A stretch of DNA of 64,000 nucleotides from the human T2T-CHM13v2.0 reference genome, Homo sapiens. The DNA is taken from assembly GCF_009914755.1 (NCBI RefSeq), contig NC_060927.1; one strand, written 5' to 3'. Position numbers and translations under genes: made by a program. Positions 27,101-41,540 of the stretch are shown piece after piece. Within the stretch, counting starts at the first letter, position 1. The number at the start of each line of letters is the position of its first letter. The notes beneath the pieces were generated by a model. It saw nothing but the letters and a program-made list of their open reading frames with translations. It made no database searches and was not told the origin of the DNA.

Positions 27101-30077
27101 AGCCTACTTCTCAGACTGTGAATTCACGGTAGATTCACTAATTGTCAAAATATACACACAGAATCTTCTGTTGATAGAGCATCCTGTATAATCTCCTAAG
27201 ATGAAGTGCCCTTAGCTTCAAAGAAGAAATATAAGACTCTGAACCAGGTGCAGAGAGTGGGACGGGAGTGAAGAACATCAATGAGATAAGGAAGTGGAAA
27301 AATTCTAACACCCTCTTAGAGTCACAGCCCTGGGAATTTAAATCGTGTTTCTGCCTGCCCTGACTAAGGAAGAAAACTGAAATTAGCTGGGTAGAAATTT
27401 CACCTAAAAGAATCAGGAGACTCCAAGTGACCTGTACTTTGATGTCTCTCACTGTGGCTCAGCCACGCTTTTCTCTTTCACACCAATTCCTGAGAAAAGT
27501 CATCAGTAACTGATATGTAGTTTGAAGAACAGACATCAAATACAAAGGATGGGTTAGGGGCCCAAGGTTTCTGCCAGGCTGTGATCGATGACAAGGAACA
27601 AGGTGAGAAAGGGCCTGCTGGGATCACAAATGCAGGGCTTTCCCACACTGAAATCATAATAATGATGTCTTAAAAGTTGCACAGGCTGACTTCTGAAGGT
27701 GCACAAAGCACCAACACATTTAGAAAGCACTGGAAAAGATGAAAGAACAAATAGAAGCCTCCCCAAAATTAAACACAACTCAACATGACTGCTGTGAGCT
27801 GGGTAATTATCTCGTTGATGGATTCTACACTCCAGCTAACACTGAACCATGTGCTACCTCAAAAGGTTTCTTCAAGCACCAGCACCAATGAATGCTTGCA
27901 GCCACTCCCATATCTTGATCAAGCCCTTCAGTGCTCACAAGAACAATCAATTTTCTTTAATGAGACATTATTCTGCCACTGGTCAAACATGCTATGACCA
28001 TCAAACCTTCTATCCGGAAGACTCGAAGGGAATGAAAAGCCTTTGAGAATTTTACATCAGCAAACCAAAAATACTTAAGGCTAGCAGAAAACCATCTTCT
28101 TCAACCAGATACCAAAATTTTGAATAAAGTGTTTTTATAATGACTTAGCTAGACAGTCCGCCCTATCTATAACCTTGATATGTAAGCTCTGTTTATACAT
28201 ACTGAAGTCATACTGGCATCTCAAAAGTTCAAGCAAAATCAAATCATGAAAGTAAATCGGTTACATTTTCTATCCTTTTTCTTGATAAAAAGAAGGCTAG
28301 CTTAACATTTGCTTTTCTCCCCATAATTAGAAAGATTCTGGAAAGAGAAAATGTAGTCAAACAGGCTTGAGCAGAAAATAGCTTTTTTAAAAAGTGCCTT
28401 ATATAAAAGAATAACAATTAAGGAATAAAGCTCCATCTCTCATTTGATAGGTATTACCTGCCTGGAAATTAAATCATACTTAGTGCTTTCTCTAGAGAAG
28501 ACTTCTGTTCCAAAATGAGGGTCTAATGTTTTGAGTGGTGCAAGCCAAATCAGCTTGAAGAAACAGAAGGCTCTGCTAAGCTTTAGCAGAACAAGCCCTA
28601 ACATAATATGCCAGAGAACACGTTTGACAAAACAGAAGTAGAAAAATATTTTCAAAATCAGTTCTTGGCTTAAATATAGCATTTGGCACCTCCAGTAAAC
28701 ACAGAGGAGAAGATCTAACTTGGTAGCACCATGTGACTTTCTGAACTGCAGCAGACCAGATGGTGGGGTGAGTTATTCATTTCTCAGCTCCTCACCCACT
28801 TTTCCCTTCCATTAGTGACTTCTCAGTTCAGGGTCCCTTAGAAGAGCTGGAAATAAAAGAACTGGATAAATACATAGAACTAGTTTTCTTAGTACTTATT
28901 ATTCTACTTTAAAACCATGTTACTAGCAAACACCTCATGCCAACTCAACAGCTCTTGTTAGTAAGTGTTCTGGATTATATAGTCAAGTCAATGTCTCATT
29001 TGCTATCTACGAAAAATAAAGAGGGTGACACTTCCCCTTCTGTAAAGATAGGGCAGACATACCTTTCCCTATTCCTCCCACTAAGTACAACTATAGGCCT
29101 TGGATCTAGGAAATTAAGAAGATGTCTGAAATGTAAAGAGAAAAAGGCAGACCAACTAGGAACCTTGGGACAAACCTCAACATGGTGATGAGTTTCATGG
29201 GTTTTCTTTATGTCTCATATATCCCAGAATCAGAGCTGAAGAACCCAGGAATGGGTAAAAACCAAGTGGGATGAAGGAAAACAACAACAACAACAACAAC
29301 AAAAAAGCCTGTTCTCTCTAGCTAAAGAATTAGGGAAGAAGGAGGGAAACTGGCAATAAGGAAAACTGTTACACAATAACGGCTCTACTTCAGCCAAATA
29401 CCACAGGAAAAGACTATACTTCCACCACCACCCACGCCAGCAATGATTGAATGGGGAGCTTAGAATTCCGCCCTTTTCAGACTGTATTGGGGTCACCTAA
29501 TCTCTGCTCCTCATTCTGGGGTACTGTCAAAGAAGACTGAGTAAAGACAGAATCTTCGACCCCATGGGTGGAATCTCTTCTTCTCCCCACATCCCCTCTT
29601 CCTTATCCGCTCTTCATCATCTTTGGAGACCCCAGAGGAATTCAGCACTTCTGCCCCACATAGCAGTAATATGAAGTCATTCCTCCCACTGAATGTCAAA
29701 GGAAGAAGAGGAGTGGGAAACCTAGGCTTCTACCCCCACTGGACTGTAACAAGGTCTCATATCTCCTTCCCCTAACAAAGTGGTGTCAGATAAAACCATC
29801 TAAAACAGAAGGTTTAAGTAAGATTCAGTCTCATAACATAATATGCAAAATGTCCAGATTTTAATTGAAAATCACTCATCATATGAAGAATAAAAAAAAC
29901 TCAACCTGAATGAAAAAGGCAAGATGACAAAAATGTTACAATTATCTGACAAGGATTTTCAAACAGTCATCCTAAAAATGATTCAAGGAACAATTATGAA
30001 CACACTTGAAACAAACAAAGAAGTATAAAACCTCAGCCCAAAAAAAAAAAAAAAAAAAAAACCCAGAAGACATAGCA

Positions 30078-30200
30078 GGGCAGGAAGCTAAGACGAGCAG
30101 ATTTCTTGAGCTCAGGAGGTTGAGGCTACAGTAAGCAGTGATCGTACCACTGCACTCAGCCTGAGTGACAGAGTAAGCCCTGTTTCAAAGAAAAGAAGAG
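30078..30200 (+). mobile_element. Partial old Alu right arm
   Basis: cttgagctcaggaggttgaggctacagtaagc...accactgcactcagcctgagtgacagag. Confidence 0.8.
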
Positions 30201-30343
30201 GAAGAAATAAAGATAAATAGAAATTTTAGAACTATAAATTATAACCAATGAAATAAAAAGCTCAGTTGATAGGCTCGACAAGAAAATGGAGGAGACAGTA
30301 GAAAAACATTAGTCAATTTGAAGGTAGGATATTAAAAATTAAA

Positions 30344-30830
<487 letters not shown>

Positions 30831-33778
30831 TCAAGAAGGTCAGCAAACCCAAAATAGAATGTTTTAAAAATCCACACCAAAATATACTCAAATTTTTGAG
30901 AACTGAAAGAAAAAAAATATTGAAAGCAGTGAGAGAAATACTACCTTACATAGAAAAAATAGAGTGACAGTAAATTTTTCATCAGAAACCATGGAAACCT
31001 AATAGAAAAGGGTACAACATTTTTCAAGTCCTAGAAGAAACGAACTGTCAGCCCAGAATTCTACATCCAGTAAAAATATTCTTCAGGAATGTAGGTGAAA
31101 TCAAGAGATTCTCAGGTAACAAAAAATTAATAGACTTCATTGACAGTAAACCTATCCTAAAAAGATGACTAGAGAAGTTCTCTGAAATGTGGTTATAAAA
31201 GTAAGAATTTTAGGACAAAAAGAGGGAAGAAAAACAATGAAAAGAGTAAAAGTACAAGCAAATACATTTCTCTTCTCCTACTGAGTTTTCTAAATTAGGT
31301 TTGAAGCTCAACTATCTCATGTGGCTCTAAGAGTACATGGAGGAAATATTTCAGACAATGATATTATAAACCAGGATGTAAAGAGACGTAAGGTTTCAGC
31401 AATTCAGCCAAACTGGTAAAATGACCATTCTACATATAGTTATTTTATATACTTTTGAGTATATCTATTTTTACAGCCCTTTTAGTATTATATATAATGT
31501 AACACATAAAGCAATACTAAAAAGGCTAAAAAGAGATATGCTCAAAAACATTATAGATAAATCAAAATAGAATGCTAATAAATGCTCAACCCACAGGAAG
31601 AATAAAAAAGAAAATAAAAGAATAAGACAGAATAAATGAAAAATAAAAAATAAAAAGACATAATTTTTAAGGCTTAACATGTCCATAATTACATGAAGTG
31701 TAAATCACCTAAACACACCAATTAAAAGACAGAGGTTAGCAGAATAAATTTAAAAACATAACCCAACTATATTATGTTAACAAGAAACTTGCTTCAAATA
31801 TAACACTATAGGCATGGTGAAAGTGAAAGGATAGAAAAAAATATGCAAACATTAATGAAAATAAAATAGAAATGCTATGTTAATATCAGACAATGTGGGC
31901 TTTACAGCAAAGAAACTTAACATAGACAGGAAGAGACATTATGTAATGATAAAGGGGTCAACCCACCAAGAAAACATAGCAATCCTAAATGTGTGTGCAC
32001 TAAACAAGAGAGCTGCAAAATACATAATGCAATAACTGATAGAACAGAAAAGAGAAAGGAACAAATCAACAATCGTTGTTAGAGACTTTAACATCTCTCT
32101 CTCTTTCTCTCTCTCAATAATTGGTAGAATTAGAAAATTTCCAAGATGTAGAAAAACTCAACACCTTCAAACAACAGGATCCAAAAGACATTTACAGAAC
32201 AATCGACCAAGCAACAGCAAAATGCACATTTTTTTCAAGTGCCCACAGAACATATACCAAGATTGACCGTGTTGTGTATGATAAAACAAATCTCAACAAA
32301 TGTTAAGCGTCGAAAGTATACAGAATGTGTTCTCTAAATAGAAGAGAACCAAACTAGAAATAAATAAAAGAAAAATAGGAGTAAACCTCTAAATGCTTAG
32401 AAATCACACTTGTTAAAACAAAACTCATGGATCAAAGGGAAAATCTCAAGAGAAATTTTAAATACACATCGACATAAATAAAAAAACAACGTGTCAAAAT
32501 TGTACAATTACACGTAAAGCAGTGCTAAAGGGAAAATTTACAGGGATCACATTAGAAAAGAAGATTCAAATCAATAAACTCTCTTATCACCTCAAGAACC
32601 CACAAAAACAAGAACAAAATAAACCCAAACAAGGAGAAAAGGGGAAATAATAAGGAAAAGAGAACAAATCAATGAAAGTAAAAACAGAAAACAATAAAAC
32701 AAAGAGATGATTCTTTGAAAAGACCAAACAATTGATAAACTTCTAGCAAGACTGACAACAGGGAAAAACCAACTTAAGACACAAACTGCCAACAATATGA
32801 AGCAAACAAAGGATATCACTAAAGACCTTGCATACATCAAAGGATAAAGGAATATTATGAACAAATCTACAAACATACATTTGACAACTGAGATGAAATG
32901 GAGTTTGAAAAACACAAACTACCACTACTCATCCCATATAAAATATATAATTTGGACAGTCTGAAAGCTGTTAGGCAAATTGAAGAGAAAACAAGATTTC
33001 CCAATTTATTTTATGAACCTAGTATTACTCTGATACCAAAACCAAAGACAGTACCAACAACAACAACAAACAGTGGACCAGTATCTCCCACAAACCTACA
33101 TGTAAGCATTCTAAAAAACAAACAAACAAACAAAAAACATCTCACAAACTGAATCCAGCAATATATGAAAACAATATACACTATGACCAAGTGGGGTGAT
33201 TATTCCAGGGATGCAAGGTTGGTTCAATACCTGAAAATCAATTATTATAATCTACAATATTAATATGTTAACGAAGAGAAACCACATGATCATATCAACT
33301 GATTTAAAAGTATTTGATAAGATTCAACATTCTTTTATGACAAAAACTTTAAGAAAACTACAAATATGCAAGTTCCATTCTTTATGTGAAATTAAAAAAG
33401 AAAAGAAAGAAAACTACAAATAGAGGTATCTTGCTGGTAAAGAATACCCAAAACCCTACATCTGACGTAATAATTCATGGTGAAAAATGGAATACTTTTC
33501 CCCCTCAGATTGGGACAGCACAAGGCTCTCACCACTGTTGTTCAACAAGGAGCTAGAAGTTCTGGCCAAAGTGTTGGCAAAAAAGAGCCAGAAAAGTAAA
33601 TAAAAGGCATATAAATCAGAAAGGAGGAAATTAAACTGTCTTGTTATTCCTCAAATATCATGATTATCTACATAGAAAATCCCAAGGAATCTGTTTTAAA
33701 AACAAAAAGCCTCCTAGTACTAATAAGTGAATGCAGAAAAGTCACAAGATACCAGATATACATCTGAAAATGAATGTA

Positions 33779-33917
33779 TTTCTTTTTTTTTTTTCTTTTT
33801 TGAAACACTGTCACCTAGGCTGAAGTGCAGTGGCACTATCACAGCTCACTGAAGCCTCAACCTTTTGAGCTCAAGCAATCCTCCCACCTCAGCTTCCAGA
33901 GAAGCTAGTACTACAGG

Positions 33918-33959
<42 letters not shown>

Positions 33960-34075
33960 GCGCGTGCACACAGACAGGGTCTCATTATGTTGCCCAAGCT
34001 GTTCACTAACTCCTGGACTCAAGGGATCTTCCTGCCTCAGGCTCCCAAAGTGGTGTGAGCCACTGCACCTGGCCT
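33779..34075 (-). mobile_element. AluJ whose linker is replaced by a (TG)n microsatellite (33919-33972)
   Basis: The two Alu arms flank the TG tract; TSD-like aatgaatgtat. Confidence 0.9.
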
Positions 34076-34747
34076 TAATGAATGTATGCCTATATATTAG
34101 CAATGAACACAATGAAATCAAAATAAAAAGAACATTTAGGTATAAATCTAACAAATTCAGTACTTGTTTACTGAAAACTAGAAAACAGTGATGAAATTAA
34201 GATCCCCTAAATAAATGGTGATGATACACCACAATCAAGAATTCAAAGAGTCGACACAGTAAATATAGTATAATTCTCTTCAAACTGCTAGGTTTAACGT
34301 AATTCCTATCAAAATCCCATGAATGTTTTTTGTAGATATAGACAAAATTATTCTAAAATTCATATGAAAGGCAAACAAACTGGAATAGTAAAAAATTTTG
34401 AAACTGAAGAATAAAGATCAGCTTACTTGATTTTACAACTTAATATATAGCTACAATATTTAAGACTACGTGGTATTGATGGGGATGCAGACACACAGAT
34501 TAATGGGTCAGAATCCAGAACTCAGAAACAGATTCATTCAAATATGCCCAACTGATTTTTCATGAAGATACAAAAGCAATTCAGTGGAGAAAGGACACCC
34601 TTTTCAACAAATGATACTGAAACAATTGGACATTCACAGCCAAAAGAGGACAAATGTTGACTTAAACCTCATATCTTACACAAAAATTAACCCAAAATGC
34701 ATGGTAGAGTTAAATATAAAACTATAAAGTGTGTGAAAAATGAAGTA

Positions 34748-35040
34748 CACCTGTAATCCCAGCAACTTGGGATGCTGAGGCAGAAGGATCACTTGAGGCT
34801 AGGAGTACAAGACCAGCCTGGGCAACACAGTGAGACACCCCACCCCAATCTCTAAAAAAATACAAAAAATTAGCCAGGTGGAGTGGTGTGCACCTGTAGT
34901 TCCTGCTTCTTGGGAGGCTGAGGCAGGAGGGTTGCCTGAGCCCGGGATTACAAGGTTACAGTGAGCTGACTGCATCACTGCACTCCAGCCTGGGTGACAG
35001 AGACCCTATCTCTAAAAATTAAGCAAATAAAATAAAGTAA
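34748..35040 (+). mobile_element. AluJ, 5'-clipped
   Basis: cacctgtaatcccagc...ggatcacttgaggctagg...gacagagaccctatctct. Confidence 0.9.
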
Positions 35041-35620
35041 AATGTGTGAAGTCTTTGGTATCTGGATCTAGGCAAAGTTTTCTCACACCATGACAACAAA
35101 ACCATAATCCATAAAAGGAAAAAATAATGAACTGGGCATTATGAAAATTAACAACTTTTTTTCCTGCAATAGGCTCTGTTAAGAGGATGAAAAGACTGGG
35201 AGAAAATATTTGCAAACTATATATCTAACAAAGGATTAGTGTCTATCTGGAACATATAAATAACTCTGAATATTCAATAGTAAAACAACAATAACAAATA
35301 ACCCAAGAAGAAAATAGATAAAAGATATGAACAGACTCCAAATATGAACTTTTCACTAAAGAAGATAGTGATGGCAAATAAGCATATGAAAAGATGTCTA
35401 ACATCATTAGTGATTAGAGAAATGCAAATTAAAACCACAATTAGCTATTACTACACACCTATCAGAATGGCAAAAATATTGACAACGCCTAATGCTGGCT
35501 AGGATACAGAAAGCTGGATCACTCATACGCTGCCTGTGGGGATGTTAAAATGATATAGGCACTCTGGAAAATAGATTGGTAGTTTCTTAAATACCTAAAC
35601 ACAACTACCATTTGACCCAG

Positions 35621-35951
35621 TGCTATAGTTTAAGTGTATCTTGCCAAAAATCATGTTTTGGAAACTTAATCCCCAATGCAACAATGTTGAGAGGTGTGAC
35701 CTTTAAGAGGTGATCATGACTGGATTACTGCTATTATTTCAAGAACAGGCTGGTTCCTCATAAAAGGATGAGTCTGCATTGCACCTCATGCTCTTGCATA
35801 AATGCTCTGGTGCTCTTCCACCCTGTGCCAGATGAAGGCCTCTTGACCCTGGACTTCTCAGCCTCTGGAACTATGATAAATAAAATTCTTGTCTTTATAA
35901 ATTGCCTAGTCTGTGACATTCTGTTATATCAATGCAAAATGGACCAAGACA
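35621..35951 (+). mobile_element. MaLR solo LTR (MST/MLT1A-like)
   Basis: TG...CA ends (tgctatagttt...accaagaca); 5-bp TSD cccag; internal AATAAA. Confidence 0.88.
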
Positions 35952-36171
35952 CCCAGCAACAGTACTCCTTGACATTAATTCCACAACAATGAAAAATCAT
36001 GCCCACACAAAAACCTGTGCACACGTGTTTTTAGGATAGATGGTTAAACAAACTGTGGCACATCCATATCATGGAATACTACTCAGCAATAAAAAGGAAG
36101 GAACTATTGATACATGCAACAGCCTAGAGGAATCTCCAGGGAATTATACTGAATGAGAAATGCCAAATGGG

Positions 36172-36342
36172 GGCCTTCTGTGTAGGCAAGGGACAGAGTC
36201 TCCTGTGGAGGGAGCACATCCCTGTGTTAACACCTTGATTTCCAACGTCTGGCCTCCAGAACTGTGAGAGAATAAATATCTGTGTTTTTAAGCCAACAAG
36301 TTTGTGGTAATTTCTTACAGCAACCACAGGAAATGAGTATAC
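36172..36342 (+). mobile_element. MLT1 LTR 3' part
   Basis: accttgatttccaacgtctggcctccagaactgtgagagaataaatatctgtgtttttaagcc. Confidence 0.85.
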
Positions 36343-36344
36343 CA

Positions 36345-36480
36345 GCCACATCAGTGACCTGGGAACCTATTAGGAGTCCAGATTTTCAGGTCCTGATCCA
36401 GACTTTGTGAATCAGAATTTGGATTTAAGCAGTGCTCCCAGGTGATGAGAATGCAATTAAAGTATGAGAGGCATTGACAT
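36345..36480. mobile_element. MER5-type fragment
   Basis: acctgggaacctattag...gaatcagaa...ctcccaggtgat...aagtatgagaggcattg. Confidence 0.6.
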
Positions 36481-37985
36481 AAACTACTATACGATTCTTA
36501 CAATTTACAGCAATGACTTTTGTACCAATGTAGAAAGTATTTAGTTATCAACGTGTAAAATAAGTAAGGTGCATATCTGAAAAATGCATATTTTTAGTTT
36601 TTCTTGGTGTGTATATAGTCAAAGTCTGAATGAAAATAAGCAAGACCAAAAAAATTGTTTCTTTAAGGTGAAGGGATTGTAACTCCCCCAACCCCACCTA
36701 GTCCTCATTTTATTCTCTATAATTCTGCTAATTTATTTTATGATAACTTTTTTAAGGCCAGCAGACTTACATGAAGATCGGCATTTGCCTTTTTTGCCCA
36801 CTGCTCTTCTAGGATCACGCGTCACACAGTAGAATGAAATCCCACATTATGGACTTATCCAGGCTCATTAACAACCAGGTGTACAAGGAACCTGCCTGGT
36901 TTTAGCCAATTCAACCTCATATAAGAAGAACAAAACAAAACATTGCTCCAGATAATTATCTTTTGAAGAAACACCCAAAGCAGTTCAAACACACCCTGGA
37001 GCTAAGGCAAAGTAGCCAGTAGAGCCATACTCCATGCAAGTCCAAATCTTTGGGTCTACATTTATTCCAGGATGCAGATCTGGCAGCTAGAACCCCAGGA
37101 AACACTCAGTGCCTTGATGCTCATGGTGGTTAGCTGTGCACATGGAGACCTTTCCCTGTATATTGCGGCATGTGGACCTGCACATTAAGCCCACTTTGCC
37201 AGTCATGTGGAATCAGCATCCACCAGACAATGAAGTCAATTAACTGTTCATCAGTGAGTCAATTGTCAAATTATTTGTCTCCTTCTTTTTCTCACTGCAG
37301 ACAGACATCCCAGGCATGCCATCCTTGCATATGACACCAAGAAAACACCACCAGATATCCAGAGGATCCAAGAGAGAATCCTTTTTTGCATATTTGAAAG
37401 CAACAATGTGCCCCATTCACCTCCAAAGTTAATTTTTCTAATGATTTGGCCTATAAGTCAACCTTCTCCCCACTCATCTCAAAGTGACTACATTTCAGAC
37501 AAACTTTTCAGCTCATCTTTGGAGAATGTATCTCTCCAGTTCAAACATGCTCTAGGAATATTTATATGTAAACATCTAAAAACGTATCTTCTCTAGCTAT
37601 TATGCTGAAGGGAAAAAACCCCACTCTAATTAAAGCACTAATGCTAAGTTGGATGAACAAAACAATATCTACTTCCAAACTTCAACAATTATTTATATAC
37701 ATGCAATCCAAAATGAAAACCAAATGAGAAATGGTTAAAATGAGTTTTATTATCGTGTCTAGACTAGTCACGCCTGTGCAGTGGAGCCATTATTTAAATA
37801 TTTTTAAACTCTGATTATCAAAGGGGGTAGATAAATAATTCAACACTGTAAAAATTTTTGTTTTCACTTCTAGATATGTTGCCATTGCCATTATTTAAAT
37901 GTTTCAAGAAGAAAATAGGATTCATAGTCATTCAAAGTGACTAACGGGGAGAGATAACCTACAAAAATAAATTATCACTTTAAAT

Positions 37986-38216
37986 CAGGGCTCTCAATCT
38001 TAGTACTATTGACACGTGGGACCAGATAATTCTTTGTTGTTGGGAGAAGGGGGTCTTGCTCAGCATGTAGGATATGTTAGCGGCACCCCTGGTCTCTGTC
38101 CACAAGACACCACATGCCAGTACTTATTCCCTACCAGCTGGTGACAACCAAAACCATCTCCAGACATTGTCAAATGTCTCCTGGAAAATAAAATCACCCT
38201 CAGTTGAGAGCTACTG
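37986..38216. mobile_element. MER20 hAT MITE
   Basis: cagggctctcaatctt...ccagataattctttgttg...gtgacaaccaaaaccatctccagacattg...gttgagagctactg; TSD ctttaa(a/c)t. Confidence 0.88.
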
Positions 38217-38789
38217 CTTTAACTTAGGGACTAGGGCAACCTAGTTGAATTCTCAAATGTAACTCAACTCTCCTTTAGCCCTCTAGGGATTTCGTGGTTT
38301 GCAAACCCAATAGAATGACTGTCACCATTTAGCTTCCTATGACCACATTTTAGGAATCACCTGAGTTTTAGTAGGTTTTCATGTAATGCAAGGCCATGGC
38401 GAGGCTTTACAGGGACTGAAATAATGGCAATATTAACTGGCCACTGGTTTTCAAGAGACTAAAGATGTAATTCGGAAGGCTGACACCAATGACCGGAATT
38501 ATTATGGGGCATACCTGAGAAAGCCATGATGCCCAAAACTTTGGACAAGAAAGCTATAGTCCTGGCCTAAGTTACTATCAAAAATATGACCACCTATTAG
38601 CCTAAATTGCTGGAGTCCAGGACATGTGAGTCATCAGAAGTCTACCAGGAGAGCTTATCCAGCAAGAATCCGGGTCACTTGTAGTTTCAGAATAATCTCA
38701 ATGAGATGAGAAAACTTGTATACTTTTTTTTCTTCCCCAGCGGAAATATGCATTAATATCACAACTTGAGTAGGAATAAAGAGCACCTT

Positions 38790-39110
38790 CTTGGACCACA
38801 AAGTCACCTTTGACTCCCTCCATCTTCCATATCCTTCACAACATATCAACTGCCCAGTTCTTCTAATTCCACCTCCTGTACAGCTCTTGAATGAGCCCAC
38901 TCTTTTCCAACACACCTTTCACTACTAGACCATTACAGAAGCCTCCTAATCAGTCGCTTACCTTCCACTTTGGCCCCTTCCACCAGACATAAAGCAATCT
39001 TTCTAAAAGACGAATCTGATTGCCTTTCTCCAGTTTGCATTCTTTCATGGGCTTTCCGATGTGCTTAGAATAAATTACAGACACCTGCAAGCTTCCGTGT
39101 TATCAGGACC
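38790..39110 (+). mobile_element. L2 fragment
   Basis: aagtcacctttgactccctcc...agcctcctaatcagtc...gcaatcttttctaaaa. Confidence 0.6.
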
Positions 39111-41209
39111 ATGACTTAATATAAGGTGTCATGGATGTGGGGCACAGAACACAATGTCATGTGCAATGAAATCACACTTATGCAGGATTTTGTACTACAG
39201 GAGTTTATAAAACCCGAATCATTGATAGCACAAATTGCATTTAACAATTCCCTAAACTTCCAGAATCTGGACTTTTGGGAGCTCAAAAGCCAAGAATCAA
39301 CCCCTCTAAGTTTCTCTTTGCATTTCTATTGTACCCTTCCTAAGGCAGTGAAAGGGAGTTAGGCCAAGGTTATTTTAAATCTAGCAGGGTTGTGAGTTGG
39401 GGAAGAAGAGGCATAATTAACAAAATTTCACTCTCTCTTTCTTTTTATAAAGAGTTTTTGTTACACTGGTGGAGTCTCACTGCACTTACCATGTGACTCC
39501 AGTATATAAAACACAACTCCAACTATGTTCAAAATATGCATACACATAGGCGTTATATTTCCATGGTGAGGAGGAGGGGATTGCTACACACAGTGAAATA
39601 TGCAAGGCAAATGAACTAGAAAGAAATACAGCCATATGTGAACAGGAATATCTCTGGATGGTGAGATTAGAGATGATTAATTTGATTCTCAATACTTTCA
39701 TGTATGTTCCACTATCAATAATGGAATTTTTTTAAACTCTAAATGGTTACTTTAAGTCTTTATATTAATATATGGACCTAGATATAGAATACATGGCAAA
39801 GGTAACATTAAATTGTTTTAGAATGAAAAGATTTATCACCTGCCCTGATTCTTCTCAGTTTGCAGATCTTTATGCCCAGATAACAGCCCCAGAATGGAAA
39901 CTGTTGTCATTTGATGCTTTCACACGTCATCCCCAAAATCAATCATCTCTAAGGTTTTTAACGTACACACGGAGATATACAAAACTGAGGGCGTAAAAAT
40001 GTCCAGTGAATCTGTTAAGTGTTGCAGTTGAATATTAGTGCCTGTGTGCCGTTTTGTGGAATGGTGACCTATCATGACTGTAAACAAAGAGAGAAAAACA
40101 GTTATGAAGTATGGCAGCCTTATAATAATCAGTGAAAAGCTTTCTCTGCCAGCACTTTCAAATAGAAGATTCCATGAATATTAAAAGCTTCAAATTCAAA
40201 TCTCCATTCAACACACACCATTGAGTCTCTTTCTGTGTGCTAGTGACATATGAGTAATGACTTTTTTTTTTTACATTGAAGAATATCCTTTTCATTATGG
40301 GTATAACATGATGAGTGTGATTAGATACCCATGTGCTAAATGTTACATACTCTCTCCTCTACTCACCCAGAATCTGCAGTATGGGTCTTGGTCAGGGCAT
40401 GAAGTGAACATCTGTGTGGGGCCCACCAATTGCTCTGTCAACTGCCCACTGCATTTCTTTTTCTAAATTTCTGAGTGCTGGGCTCAAATGTAAGAATACA
40501 AGCTACATTGACTTTATTGCCCAGTTGTTATAAAAATGTAAAAGTTTAAGCATAGATTGCCTATGGAGCGATTATATGTGTTTTATAATTGTCAAATCAT
40601 TTAAGTTCAAATGAAAATGCATCTTGCCATTACCCAATTTATTTTATATCAATTTCAAAAGGTGAATACTGGCTCCAGCCTTGGAATAGCAAGCCCAGTT
40701 GCAAACATTATAGGAGTCTTTATAAGCTCCCTTTATTACACACAGTGTGTCTTCCTACCAGTGTAAAGCAGGGTAGAGTGGAGCGGGGATGTCTCATTCA
40801 ACTTCCCGGCCTTCTAGCATTATGACAATATGATGACTGTGAGGACAGACAGAGACGTAGAGCGGAGAAAAAACAGTGTCTCACCACCTGTAGTCCCAGA
40901 TGGCATTGGAAGATACTTTACTGTAAACCCATAAAGGCTCAAAAAACACATAAAGCAATGCACTAATTAAAAGGAAAAAAATCTACATCCAACCATACAT
41001 AGTTATGGTACAGATTATTACATACACAGTCAACTGTGACTTCTGAAATATAACTGAGTCAAACTCCAGCAAAACACAGATGACAAAATAAAGAGCTCTT
41101 CTGTTCCTCCTTCCACTGATGGTACAATGGAATGCATACAGATCTATTAATTCAAAGAGTTTTCCCATTTTCCTCAACTTGACATGCAGAGGAGAATTTT
41201 TGAGTTGTC

Positions 41210-41540
41210 ATCATCCATCACCATGATAAGTACAATTTATTGCCGGACAGTGCTAAGTGCTCGCATACATTATTTAATTCAGTCCTCACCACTCTTTGAT
41301 ATGGGAACTATCATTACCTCAGTCAGACAGAATAGAAATGGAAGCACAGACGAGCTGAGAAAGTTGCCCAAGTTCACACAGCTTAGTAAGAGGTAGAAAT
41401 TGGATTTGAACTTGAATGCAACTGAATTCCAGTTGAATTCCAATGTTGAATTCCAATGTCCAGTTGAATTCCAATTCCAATGCCCAGGTAAATTCCAACT
41501 CCAGTTCAGTTCCCAAGTCGAAGCTCTTCCACACTTTGTG
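41210..41540 (-). mobile_element. MIR containing an internal tandem-repeat expansion
   Basis: tgccggacagtgctaagtgct...aaatggaagcacag...agttgcccaagttcacacagc...ggatttgaac. Confidence 0.8.
41421..41516. repeat. Degenerate (GTTGAATTCCA)-type tandem repeat
   Basis: Four TGAATTCCA copies (41423, 41434, 41447, 41465) plus two further AATTCCA. Confidence 0.85.

Noticed and set aside
27398-27420. Recursive-splice-like site ctcctgattcttttAG|GTGAAA on the minus strand
   Set aside because: The reconstituted donor GTGAAA is weak compared with known recursive sites (GTAAG/GTGAG); it would need sawtooth RNA-seq evidence.
41421-41516. Repeat as a CRISPR-like array or heat-shock element cluster
   Set aside because: Eukaryotic DNA with no unique spacers or cas genes; GAATTC lacks the 2-nt spacing of nGAAnnTTCn.
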